Shown piece by piece: positions 54,378 to 63,191 of a stretch of 64,000 nt of DNA. Origin of the DNA: an uncultured virus (IMG/VR IMGVR_UViG_3300046007_007003) (Duplodnaviria > Heunggongvirae > Uroviricota > Caudoviricetes). The translations under genes and the position numbers were made by a program. Location of the stretch: the IMG/VR virus record IMGVR_UViG_3300046007_007003, one strand, 5' to 3'. Positions within the stretch are counted from its first letter, which is position 1. Each line of letters starts with the position of its first letter. Under the pieces are notes generated by a model that saw only the letters and a program-made list of their open reading frames with translations, searched no databases and was not told where the DNA came from.

Positions 54378-55571
54378 TTATGCGACCTTATCCAGCATCG
54401 CCCCGGCGCGCTTTTCCAGCTCCACCCGGTCGTCCTGATGCGGGACGTCCCGCGCAACGGCGGTAATCGCCTGCGCGACGTCCCATACTGACGCGACCGG
54501 GCGGCCTTCCTCTTCAAGGTGCCGGGCGGCGGCGGCCTTCGCCATCCGCTGCGAAAGCCCGGCGCGCTTAGTCAGGAAATCGAGCCGATCATCGTCATCC
54601 TTGGCGATGATCGCGTCCCGCGCCGCCTTCACCCCGTCGAGGAATTTTGCGGTCGCACCCTGCGCGAAGGATTGCAGCGCCGGGCGGGCTTCCGCCGCGA
54701 AGCGGTCCGGGGCGAATTTTGTATGCCGGATCTTGATTTCCTGAAAATTCTCCACGCCCCAGAGGTTGCGGTTCATACAGACGCCGCGGAGATACATTGC
54801 CGCAATTCCGGCGGTTTTGCTGCCCGTCTCACTGTTCCAAGCGTAGAAGCCCCGGAAAACAAGGTCCGGCTCGCCGTTTGCAAGTTTCCCGATCTCGATC
54901 GGGTTGCGATCATCGACGAGGAAAACGAAAACGTCGCGGTCGCTGGCGAAAAGGGTTGTGGTTTCCATGCTAACCGGGATTTCGGGATCATACACGGCCA
55001 AGCCGTTGCGGCTGCCAACCATCATGCCCGGCACTTTCCAGCGGCCTTCGCTGGCATCGACAAGCCGCTTGATCGGCTCAATGATTTCCCAATCGTGGAT
55101 GCGGCCATAGTCGGGGCCGGTGGCGGCGCGCAACTCGCCCGGCACGGCCCCCGCTTCGCTGTCGTAGAGCTTCACCAGTTCTTTGCCGCGATTATAGCGC
55201 AGGCCCCATTGCAGGCAGTCAGCGGCCAGAGGGGCCGGGAGGTCGCGCAGGTAGCCCGCCGGAGCACCGGCCAGCGTCGCGACCTGTGAGAAGGACCAGT
55301 GCGTCGGGGCCGTCATGTTCTCGGCGCGGTTCTCGTCGGTGTATTCGATCAGGACGGAGCCGGTCGTCGGGTTGGCCTCGTCGATCTCACCGACCACCTT
55401 GATCTTGTGGGTGTTGACGATGCGGCTGTCGAGGCGGCGCGCGTCGGCTTTCTTGTGCGTCAGCATCGCATCCAACGACAGGAATTTTTCGTCGGCCGGG
55501 CGGCTCCACCATTGCGCGGAAACCGCGCCGTTGCCGATCCCGTGAGCGAAAGCGTTGGTCTGGTAGGTCAT
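54378..55571 (-). CDS. DUF932-like protein
   Basis: QWWSRPADEKFLSL, THWSFSQ, YGRI.D, ASDRDVF.FL, WNSE.G, R.VCMNR. Confidence 0.75.
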   Translation of the reverse strand: MTYQTNAFAHGIGNGAVSAQWWSRPADEKFLSLDAMLTHKKADARRLDSRIVNTHKIKVVGEIDEANPTTGSVLIEYTDENRAENMTAPTHWSFSQVATLAGAPAGYLRDLPAPLAADCLQWGLRYNRGKELVKLYDSEAGAVPGELRAATGPDYGRIHDWEIIEPIKRLVDASEGRWKVPGMMVGSRNGLAVYDPEIPVSMETTTLFASDRDVFVFLVDDRNPIEIGKLANGEPDLVFRGFYAWNSETGSKTAGIAAMYLRGVCMNRNLWGVENFQEIKIRHTKFAPDRFAAEARPALQSFAQGATAKFLDGVKAARDAIIAKDDDDRLDFLTKRAGLSQRMAKAAAARHLEEEGRPVASVWDVAQAITAVARDVPHQDDRVELEKRAGAMLDKVA

Positions 55572-55659
55572 GTCACTTGCTCCAAAAGTGAAGGGGCGGG
55601 ATTGCCCCGCCCCCTCTGTCGCATAACCTCGCACAGTGTGCAAGCGGTTTTTTCGGAAA

Positions 55660-55956
55660 TTATCGGCCCGCCTCGACGACGGACGCCTCGGCCTCTAGCG
55701 CCCGCTCGATCTGCCGCACCGCGTGCAGTCGTGCGAAGTGGACCGCGCAGTCACGCCGGTAGGTGTCGGGCTGTCCGGGATAGTCGCGCCCGTTGGGGAC
55801 CAAGATGCCGAGACGCTCCTGCAAGAGGCGCAGCGCATCCAAGGCGCTGATTCGGTCCTCGATCAAGTGCGCCCGCGCCGACCCGTTGAGGTTGAAAATC
55901 GGGCGCATCGGCTCGTCGAGCATGGGCGGGCAGTAAATCGGGCTTTGCTGGTTCAT
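55660..55956 (-). CDS. Hypothetical protein
   Basis: GGAGG RBS; NLNGS...PNGRDY motif. Confidence 0.65.
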   Translation of the reverse strand: MNQQSPIYCPPMLDEPMRPIFNLNGSARAHLIEDRISALDALRLLQERLGILVPNGRDYPGQPDTYRRDCAVHFARLHAVRQIERALEAEASVVEAGR

Positions 55957-55958
55957 TC

Positions 55959-56084
55959 TTACCTCCTCCGGTTGCCGTTCCGAAAACCACCCCGCCGCGC
56001 CTTGGGCATGGGGCGTCGGGACACATCGTCCCACACTTCGCGGCCGTATAGCAGGCGGCCGATCCAGTCGATCAGGAAGAACAT
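55959..56084 (-). CDS. 41-aa hypothetical peptide (not in ORF track)
   Basis: TAATG coupling; MFFLIDWIGRLLYGREVWDD... Confidence 0.5.
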   Translation of the reverse strand: MFFLIDWIGRLLYGREVWDDVSRRPMPKARRGGFRNGNRRR

Positions 56085-56335
56085 TAGGCGGCGTCCTCTG
56101 CCAGAGCATAATGCGCGGCGATCTCATAACAGTTGATCTCGCCCAGCGCACAGTTGATCAAGTCAGAGAACAGCCCCCACTGCGGCGGCAAATCCGCCAG
56201 CATATTGTTGAGCGTATCCTTGATATGCGCGGCGCAAATGGTCTGCCCTTCGTCAATCTCCTGCTGGAAATAATCGCCCAGCCACAGGTTTACGAGCCAC
56301 GTTTCCTTGTTCGGCCATCCGTTGTAGTTGGCCAT
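56084..56335 (-). CDS. Hypothetical phage protein
   Basis: YNGWPNKETWLVNLW motif; GGAGG RBS; upstream TTGACC-17-TACCTT. Confidence 0.7.
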   Translation of the reverse strand: MANYNGWPNKETWLVNLWLGDYFQQEIDEGQTICAAHIKDTLNNMLADLPPQWGLFSDLINCALGEINCYEIAAHYALAEDAA

Positions 56336-56389
56336 TGGTAGGTCCTCCAAAGCACCGCCGCACCATCGCGGCCCGCAGAAGGTATGCGA

Positions 56390-56815
56390 TCATCCGCGAC
56401 AGGTCAAGGCCAAAACATCTTCCCATGGCGGCGGCCACTGCCAGAGGCCGACAGGCTCGACCGCGTCGACCCCGTCCATCCTCAGGGCGACCGCGTCGCG
56501 GCCGTGGAAAAGATAGAGCGACCTCGGACGATCCTTGCCCGCCGACCTCTCGACCAGAACCCAAACGCTCGCGTGCCCGTGCCGGGTCAACCATGCGACC
56601 TGATGGGGACTCAGCGCGACCGCCCTCGTGCCGGTCGTCTTGAGTTCCAGAAAGTGGAACCGGCCCGCCTCGTCACAGAGCAGGACGTCCGGGACGCCCG
56701 GCATGGCCCAAGTCTCAATCCTCGTCGTCGTCCACTGCGTCGGCATCTTCGATAGTGCCTGCCGGAGGGACGCCCAGAGTTTGCTTTCCGGGGTTTTCGT
56801 TGGGCGTGACGTCAA
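56390..56815 (-). CDS. PD-(D/E)xK nuclease (VRR-NUC / resolvase-like)
   Basis: PESKLW, RIE....GVPDV, FLELK, LSPHQVAW. Confidence 0.8.
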   Translation of the reverse strand: MTSRPTKTPESKLWASLRQALSKMPTQWTTTRIETWAMPGVPDVLLCDEAGRFHFLELKTTGTRAVALSPHQVAWLTRHGHASVWVLVERSAGKDRPRSLYLFHGRDAVALRMDGVDAVEPVGLWQWPPPWEDVLALTCRG

Positions 56816-57350
56816 TCACCGATCCTCCCAGTTCTTGAATGGCCCGCAGCACTTCTTCCTTGCTCATCGAGTCGATGCTGCCGTGCCGGATTTCAGATTT
56901 GCTGACGTAGATGTTCCCGTGCGCCATGCCGCGCCGGACCTCGGCCTGCACGGCGGCAGAATACTTTCCATTCGCCAGCGCCTCGTCGCGGATGATCTGC
57001 AAGTCGCGCAGGTGCCGCTCGAAGGTGATTCCATACATCTCATCGAGCTCAGACCGATATTCCCGAATCTTCTTGGCGATGTTGGGATACAGACGAGGAT
57101 TCATCATCCTGTGGGCGGATTGGTGCGCCGAGGCGGGGGCAAAGCCTGCGTTGATCGCGGCCTGTCGGGCCGTGATCTGCCCGTCCTTCGACACAATCTC
57201 CTTGACGAAAAGCTCCTGCTTTCTGGTCAGGGCCTTCGTCACAGGGGCCATCGGCATGTCTTTGGGCCTTTTGGCCCGGTAGGCAACGCTTGAGTCGCGT
57301 TTCTGGATCTTCAAGGCAAGCTGCACTTGCTTCTCGACTTCATCGCTCAT
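56715..57350 (-). CDS. terS: Terminase small subunit-like protein
   Basis: LTRKQELFVKE...ARQAAINAGF HTH; SAAVQAE..RG; IDSMSKEEV. Confidence 0.7.
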   Translation of the reverse strand: MSDEVEKQVQLALKIQKRDSSVAYRAKRPKDMPMAPVTKALTRKQELFVKEIVSKDGQITARQAAINAGFAPASAHQSAHRMMNPRLYPNIAKKIREYRSELDEMYGITFERHLRDLQIIRDEALANGKYSAAVQAEVRRGMAHGNIYVSKSEIRHGSIDSMSKEEVLRAIQELGGSVIDVTPNENPGKQTLGVPPAGTIEDADAVDDDED

Positions 57351-57752
57351 GGTCTTGTCCCCGCTTATCGCATACGGCTGGAAGGTTCCAAAAGGCTCTA
57401 TGTATATATGGCTGGAAAATCCGAGAGGCTCGAAAATTTTTTTGAACCCCCTTAAGGCACTTTTCGTTTTTTGCCCCGCGGCCCCCTTGGACGGCCTTCC
57501 CCGGCCTTCCCGGCCCCATTCGGGAGGGGATACATCGGTTACATATTTCAAAAACATCACTTAGCTACTTAGTGAAACTACTAACCCTATATATATAAAG
57601 GGAAAAACAGTGGTGGTTAACGGAAAAACATCGGTTACGGTCATTTTCATTTCATTCACCTCGTTAGAGTTTGGCTCCATATATATACAGGGCCGTGATC
57701 CGCGAACCGCGTCCCGTGATCCGCGTCCCGTGATCCGCGTCCCACCCCCCTT

Positions 57753-58367
57753 TCACCTCGCCCCATCCTTTCTGACGACCCACACTGCTTTGAGTGACGC
57801 GCCGTAGGACTGTCGTTGTGAGTATGGGATTTCCTTGACTGGGATGGGTTTGACGAGGGCTTTTCGGGTGAGTCTATCGAGTGCGCCTTTGGTTGCTTGT
57901 CTAGAGATGGAGAGTTTGTGTGCGATATCGACGATGGCGAGTCCTGTTGGGTATGCTGTCAGGATTTTCATGATGAGTTCGTCTGTGGGGTTTGTCCCTC
58001 CGGGTTGGTATCGTGCGTAGGCTGCTTTGATGATGAGGTCTGGCCCCGGGTCGGCCCCCATCCCTGCGCTGCCCTCTGCGCCCCGCTGGGGCCCATCCCC
58101 GGCATTCGGCTGGGTTGGTGCCTGAATTCCTTCCCTGCCTGCCCACGGCCTTCCTAGGCGCGCTGACGGGGTGCGCGGGGCGGCGTCGTCTATGTCCCGC
58201 GGTGCTTGTCGGCGTTGCGGGTTAGCGGTCAAGGTCCGTGGTCCGTGGTCTATTTTGAGTGCTTCGAGTTCTTCGGCTCTATGTCTGTGGATAGCGTCGG
58301 CGATTTGGGCTTCGTATTTTGTGGCGAGTTTGGCGTTGAGGTTGTAGGCTGGGATGAGGAGGTTCAT
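57753..58367 (-). CDS. Hypothetical protein with C-terminal winged HTH
   Basis: LAIVDIAHKLSISRQATKGALDRL..KALV. Confidence 0.55.
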   Translation of the reverse strand: MNLLIPAYNLNAKLATKYEAQIADAIHRHRAEELEALKIDHGPRTLTANPQRRQAPRDIDDAAPRTPSARLGRPWAGREGIQAPTQPNAGDGPQRGAEGSAGMGADPGPDLIIKAAYARYQPGGTNPTDELIMKILTAYPTGLAIVDIAHKLSISRQATKGALDRLTRKALVKPIPVKEIPYSQRQSYGASLKAVWVVRKDGAR

Positions 58368-58401
58368 TTTTGGGGTTCCTGTATTTTGGCGGGGATCAGG
58401 A

Positions 58402-58596
58402 TCATCGGTTGCTCCGTGGATAATACTCGTCGAGTTTGCCGTCTTCGACGGCGCAGCGCAGTAGCTCACGGGCTACATCTGAGAAGGGACGGTTAACGAG
58501 GAGGGCGTGTATGTTAACCGCGTCGAAGACATGCTGGTCCATCGTGATGACGATGCGTGGATCGCTGTCCTCGGTCAGGTAGTGGCCCTCGGCCAT
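58402..58596 (-). CDS. Small RHH-like protein
   Basis: RIVITMDQHVFD...RPFSDVARELL. Confidence 0.5.
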   Translation of the reverse strand: MAEGHYLTEDSDPRIVITMDQHVFDAVNIHALLVNRPFSDVARELLRCAVEDGKLDEYYPRSNR

Positions 58597-58841
58597 CACA
58601 CATTCTTCCACGGGTTTGACTCCGGGCGGGAGTCGCGGGCTGGGTTGTCGCTCGACAACCGGCGCTCCAGTTTCCGCAGCTCCTCGGCCACGGTCTCGTT
58701 GGGCTCGTTGAATGCGGGGTCCACCTGCATCAGGCGGTTCGCGGTCCTCGACCATAGGTCCCGCCAATACTCGGCGCGCTCCTTCCAGTAGGCAGCCTGC
58801 CGCGCCTGCTCTTGCAGTTGGATGCGGAGGTCGTCGGTCAT
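58596..58841 (-). CDS. Hypothetical protein
   Basis: AAGGAG RBS; coupled to neighbours. Confidence 0.6.
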   Translation of the reverse strand: MTDDLRIQLQEQARQAAYWKERAEYWRDLWSRTANRLMQVDPAFNEPNETVAEELRKLERRLSSDNPARDSRPESNPWKNV

Positions 58842-59149
58842 GGCTTGTCTCCTTTCAGGGCCGCGATTATCAAGCGCGTAGCATCCTTGGCAGTCATCGG
58901 TTGGGCTTCATCTCGCAGTCCGCGACACGCCTTCTCAATCTCTTTCGCCACAGACAGGCCGCGTTCAATATCACCCCGCAGCCTCTCGATCTCGGCGGCT
59001 TGGGCTTCGATGCTGTCGGAAGCTGCATCCAGCGCAGGCGGCTTTACGGCGGGCAGAGCGTCGATGGCGTCGTGCGCTTCATAACGATGCACGGACTGGC
59101 GACAGGCATTAATCGCATCGCCCCTGCGGATCAGGTCGTTATCACTCAT
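58838..59149 (-). CDS. Modular small protein (DLIRRGDA / AQAAEIERL)
   Basis: GGAGG RBS; shares a DNA block with the two upstream genes. Confidence 0.65.
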   Translation of the reverse strand: MSDNDLIRRGDAINACRQSVHRYEAHDAIDALPAVKPPALDAASDSIEAQAAEIERLRGDIERGLSVAKEIEKACRGLRDEAQPMTAKDATRLIIAALKGDKP

Positions 59150-59612
59150 CCTTGCCTCCTGTAAGTTCTGCGAGGGTGGCGCGGGCATCAGAAACCCAAT
59201 CGCCTTGCATGTTGTATCCATGCTTGTTGTGGTCATCCCAACAAATCAAAGCCCAATCAATGACATTTACCGCCTTCGCCAGCTTGTCCTCAAGATCACG
59301 CACTGCCTGCGTCCCGATCCTGCCCATCTCGTCGTAGGCGTCACGGTATTTCTCGCAGGTGGTCAGCGCACCCCGCAGCCTCTCGATCTCGGCGGCTTGG
59401 GCTTTGATCAGGTCTTCGTGCAGTTTGCGCTCCGCTTCCATTGCATTGGCGTAGCCCCGCTGTTCCGCTGCCTGCACCAGATCGGCTCGGACGTATTCCA
59501 CTGTGCTCATCGGCTCATCTTCATGCTGCCAAGTCTGCTCTTGCCAAACACTGTCGGCCAGCCAACCCCAAGCCCATATCCGCTCAGGCGCTTCGTGTGT
59601 AATGTCAGTCAT
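59142..59612 (-). CDS. Modular small protein (APERIW / EYVRADL / AQAAEIERL / ARATLAEL)
   Basis: 156 aa; shared DNA blocks. Confidence 0.65.
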   Translation of the reverse strand: MTDITHEAPERIWAWGWLADSVWQEQTWQHEDEPMSTVEYVRADLVQAAEQRGYANAMEAERKLHEDLIKAQAAEIERLRGALTTCEKYRDAYDEMGRIGTQAVRDLEDKLAKAVNVIDWALICWDDHNKHGYNMQGDWVSDARATLAELTGGKDE

Positions 59613-59967
59613 CGTCCTGTCCTTTCAGTTCTGCGAGGGTGGCGCGGGCTTTGTTGCACCGTTCACAGTCGCACCCGTCATCCATCGTTTTTCCCGCCTC
59701 CAACGCCATCGCCAGCTTGGCCTCTGCCGACTTTGCTCGCTGATAATTCGACTGCGACACTTCGGCCCACTCGGCGCACGCTTTCTCCAGCCTCTCGATC
59801 TCCGCGGCTTGGGCTTCAATGCGGTCGGCTAATACCTTCAGGGCTTCGGCACTGTCACACTCGCAGTCAGGATCGCGCAGACCTCTGCCTGTGTAGGCTG
59901 GATGGCAACGGCATTTCACAAGGTCTTGAAGTTCTGCCAGAGCCTGCTCCACTGGGTCGTCGGTCAT
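59605..59967 (-). CDS. Modular small protein with Cys motifs
   Basis: GGAG RBS; CRC...DCEC, CDCERC; shared DNA blocks. Confidence 0.65.
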   Translation of the reverse strand: MTDDPVEQALAELQDLVKCRCHPAYTGRGLRDPDCECDSAEALKVLADRIEAQAAEIERLEKACAEWAEVSQSNYQRAKSAEAKLAMALEAGKTMDDGCDCERCNKARATLAELKGQDDD

Positions 59968-60046
59968 CACTTCTCCTCCCTCTTCCACTTCCTGAACACG
60001 ATCTTGAAAGCCTCGGTCACGGCGCGCTCGACTTCTTCTTCGGTGA

Positions 60047-60250
60047 TCATGACTTCCCCTCCAGCGCCGCGATCCGATCACGTAACTCCTTGAACAGCCG
60101 GAACTGCCGCAGCCAGTTCCTGTTTCCAGCAAGCGGGCTCGTGTCGAAACCCAACTCGCGCATCAACTCCACGCGCTCGGCTTCCTCTTCCGCAGTCAAC
60201 GGCGTCTCGACAAACGCCAAGCGCGGCTTTGGGTCTTTCTTCTTTGTCAT
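60047..60250 (-). CDS. Hypothetical protein
   Basis: 67 aa; N-terminus duplicated at 1-63. Confidence 0.65.
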   Translation of the reverse strand: MTKKKDPKPRLAFVETPLTAEEEAERVELMRELGFDTSPLAGNRNWLRQFRLFKELRDRIAALEGKS

Positions 60251-60498
60251 TTCATCGGCCTCATCGGTGGCACCGGCACGGGAACGTAGCGCGGTTTCAG
60301 GTTGTCAGGTCTCGGCGGCGGCACGGGCACAGGCTCGTGCAGCACCACATTCTCACAGCGAACCACAGCGCCGGGGTCATCCTCGGCGATCAGGTCCTGC
60401 ATCGCTCGGCAGTGCGCCGGGTCAGCGTACATCCCAACGTACCCGCTCCACATCGGAGACAGCGTCACGCTGAGAACAGTCACAGTCAGTAAGGACAA
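60247..60498 (-). CDS. Paralog of 60-311
   Basis: Near-identical protein; TTG start. Confidence 0.6.
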   Translation of the reverse strand: MSLLTVTVLSVTLSPMWSGYVGMYADPAHCRAMQDLIAEDDPGAVVRCENVVLHEPVPVPPPRPDNLKPRYVPVPVPPMRPMK

Positions 60499-60638
60499 TC
60501 TTCTCCCCTCCCATAGGCCGCCTTCGACGGCTCTCGCTTCGGTTGCTTCGGTGATTGTACCACGGGCCTCGGAGCTAGGGCCTGCGCCCGCAGCTCCTGC
60601 TCCAGCCACTTGGGCAGCGGCTCCTCATGCGTCGCCAT
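60486..60638 (-). CDS. Paralog of 299-451
   Basis: MATHEEPLPKWLEQELRAQ...GEDCPY. Confidence 0.6.
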   Translation of the reverse strand: MATHEEPLPKWLEQELRAQALAPRPVVQSPKQPKREPSKAAYGRGEDCPY

Positions 60639-60792
60639 CTTCACTCGCCTCCTTCCGTCTGGCGTCGAGGTGTTCAGCTACCCACCACGCCCAGAACGAC
60701 ACGGCCTCCGCGTCTTCGTCGGGTTTTTCAAAATCGAAGTGACGAAGAAGTTCTTTCATCGCTGCGATTGCTGCTTTTTCTTTGAACGTCAT
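60625..60792 (-). CDS. 55-aa hypothetical protein (not in ORF track)
   Basis: GGAG RBS; MTFKEKAAIAAMKELL...DGDA; occupies the same slot as 438-641. Confidence 0.55.
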   Translation of the reverse strand: MTFKEKAAIAAMKELLRHFDFEKPDEDAEAVSFWAWWVAEHLDARRKEASEDGDA

Positions 60793-60793
60793 C

Positions 60794-60985
60794 TTATTCT
60801 CCATTGTTGATCGGCTCCTGCACTATCCTCGCCGCGATCTGCGCGAGGGTCTTGATCTCGTTGGCACGCTCGACATTCCAGTATGCGCCCGCTGTCTTGT
60901 CGTTGGCGATCAGTTCAGCCACCCGCTCGATGCGGTTGAGCGTGGCGAACAGGTCTTTGATATTCGGTTCAGTCCACTTAGCCAT
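60794..60985 (-). CDS. Homolog of 631-825
   Basis: 41 of 63 residues identical. Confidence 0.7.
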   Translation of the reverse strand: MAKWTEPNIKDLFATLNRIERVAELIANDKTAGAYWNVERANEIKTLAQIAARIVQEPINNGE

Positions 60986-61145
60986 TGCTCCCTCCGATCA
61001 CCTTCCTCAGTCGCTCCAAGTCCAGAACCAGCTTCCTCTTGTCCTCGGAAAGCTGCTTGATCAGTTCTGTCATCCTAGCCAGTTCGCTCCGTTGCTTGGC
61101 TAGCTTGCTCCGCATGATCGCGTTCTCGTCTTCATCACGCTGCAT
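60978..61145 (-). CDS. Homolog of 822-1013 (not in ORF track)
   Basis: RSKLAKQRSELARM...LVLDL. Confidence 0.55.
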   Translation of the reverse strand: MQRDEDENAIMRSKLAKQRSELARMTELIKQLSEDKRKLVLDLERLRKVIGGSNG

Positions 61146-61326
61146 CAGAAAAGTTCCCTTGCACTTTCTTCAGTCGGCCATCCCGGTATGTGATGCCGAA
61201 CTTCTTTGCTGCGTTGAACACTGCCTGAATGCTGACGCCGAGAGCAGCCGCTGCTTCTGCCTTGCTCATCCCTGCGTTGGCGCACTCGATGTATTTGTTC
61301 ACGCCCACCATCTTCTTCGTTGCCAT
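61135..61326 (-). CDS. Small HTH protein
   Basis: GMSKAEAAAALGVSIQAV. Confidence 0.65.
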   Translation of the reverse strand: MATKKMVGVNKYIECANAGMSKAEAAAALGVSIQAVFNAAKKFGITYRDGRLKKVQGNFSDAA

Positions 61327-62085
61327 TCAGCCCTCCATCTGTGCTGCGATTACTTTGAACAGGCGCTCCTGCGCCCTGCGAAACCCTGTGTCGAACGCCG
61401 TTGCGAACGAGGGTTCGAATGTGTTGTGAACGCTGCCATCCTTCATGAAGGTCTGGGCGAAGACATAGCCTTGCGTCCTCAGCAGTTGCTTCTTGTAGTA
61501 GTAGAGCGCCTCGACCTCGAAGGCTTGCATCCTTACGTCCTCAACCGCAGCCGACTGGATGCGGCGCGCCTTGGTGATGGCGTAGTTTCGCCTCGGATCG
61601 CTGGCGAACTCAAGCCCAGCCTTCTTCACAGACCGGGTCCAGTTGGGAGAGACATAGACGACAGGGGTCTTGGCTACGATGGCTTCCTCGTGCCTGTTGA
61701 ACGTGACCTTGATGCTGACCGTCTTGACGAAGGTCTTGATGGTCTCGACTATATCAGGCACAACCTTGTTCATCGCTATCTGGACGCCAGACATGCCGCC
61801 ATCATCATAGCACATGTCGTCTCTTCTGTCTCTGATGCTGACTATCGAGGATCGCACTGTGTTCACGATGCTATGCGATCCCATTGTGCTTCTTATCTTT
61901 GCTGAACTCCCCTTCAACTCGGTCGGTATGTCGTATCGGTTATATGCAATTGCCTCCACCTCATCTGGAGACAAGTATCTTCCGCAGATTTGCTTGATGA
62001 TGCCCATCATCTGAGCGGTCAGGTCACATTGCACCTTGACCATCTTGTAGGTTGCGACCAATTCCTCTCTGGTTTTCTTTCTCAT
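61327..62085 (-). CDS. Hypothetical protein
   Basis: 252 aa; AAGGA RBS. Confidence 0.6.
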   Translation of the reverse strand: MRKKTREELVATYKMVKVQCDLTAQMMGIIKQICGRYLSPDEVEAIAYNRYDIPTELKGSSAKIRSTMGSHSIVNTVRSSIVSIRDRRDDMCYDDGGMSGVQIAMNKVVPDIVETIKTFVKTVSIKVTFNRHEEAIVAKTPVVYVSPNWTRSVKKAGLEFASDPRRNYAITKARRIQSAAVEDVRMQAFEVEALYYYKKQLLRTQGYVFAQTFMKDGSVHNTFEPSFATAFDTGFRRAQERLFKVIAAQMEG

Positions 62086-62088
62086 CCG

Positions 62089-63184
62089 CTATCCTTTCAT
62101 GTTGAACTTGATGACCTGACCGAACGGCGCATGGCGCAGGCCGCACGACACCCAGAGGACGGGGTAGTCGGGCGCATCTTTTGGGAAGTCGTTGATCTCA
62201 AGGTCGGTGAAGCTGATGAAGTGATCGACCTCGATCTGATTGTCTTCGATGTAGTCAAACACCGGCCTGACGAGGGTGCCGCCCCGGCCCTTGGCGTTGA
62301 GCATGGTGATCGGTTCGCCCTCTTCGTATCGGGTGACCGACTGGATCGAGTAGTCGCAGGCGATGACTGTGATGCTGGCGGGGCGCAGTTCCTCTGCCAG
62401 TGCGTTCATGGCACCGAGAAAGTAGGTCAGTGCCTTGTCGCTCACCGAGCCGCTGGTGTCGTTGTGGATGACGATGTGCCCGACACCCTTGCGGTCTGAG
62501 GTGGGGGCGATGATCCGGCTGAGGTGATACATCTTCCGGTTGGGTCGACGCATACTGTAGTCGTCTGGCTGGTCGCCTGTGAGGTGGCGACGGATCGCAT
62601 CCTCGAAGTTTATCTCGGGGTCTTGCATCTCGCGGATCATTTCATACGCCCACCCCGGCAGCTTGCCGCGACCCTTGGCTATTGCCGACGCCATGATCAC
62701 GCGCTGCTGGACCTTGATTTCCTCTTGCTTCTTCTCCTCTTCGGACATCTCAGGCTCGAACACCAAGCCCCATGCTGGGGGGGGCTATGTCGTCCGGCAG
62801 GAGATCGTAGATTTTCTCTGCCGAGTATTCCGCGAACAGCGGCATATCGATGCCGCCATCCGGCAATTCGAAACCATCCGCCTTCAGGATGTTGTTGATC
62901 GCCGCATCGCAGGCGATGTTCCACTTGTCGTGGTTGCGGTTGCCCTTGCGGAGATGATGTCGCAGGGCGATGTGCAGAACCTCGTGCGCGATGAGGCCGA
63001 GGGTCTTCGGCTCTGTCAGGGTGTCGATGAAGGGACCGGACCACTTGATCCAGTCGCCATTCGTTGCTGCTGTCCCCATGGTGTCGTCGCGGCTAACGTC
63101 GGAGCCCATCGCGAGCGAACCATAGAAGGGGTGATGCAGGACGAGCCGGGTCATAGCCCGGCTGACCTTGAGTTCTGGTGTCAT
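62089..63184 (-). pseudogene. DUF2201-type metallopeptidase + vWA gene split by a frameshift in a C8 run
   Basis: N half TAATNG, AHEVLH, WNIACD..IN; C half DTSGSV, GRGGT, FTD; deleting one C at 62777-62784 fuses the two ORFs. Confidence 0.75.
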
Positions 63185-63191
63185 GTTGCCC

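Larger units (their letters stand above)
60191..60638. repeat. Long diverged direct repeat, copy 2
   Basis: Colinear with 4-451. Confidence 0.9.
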
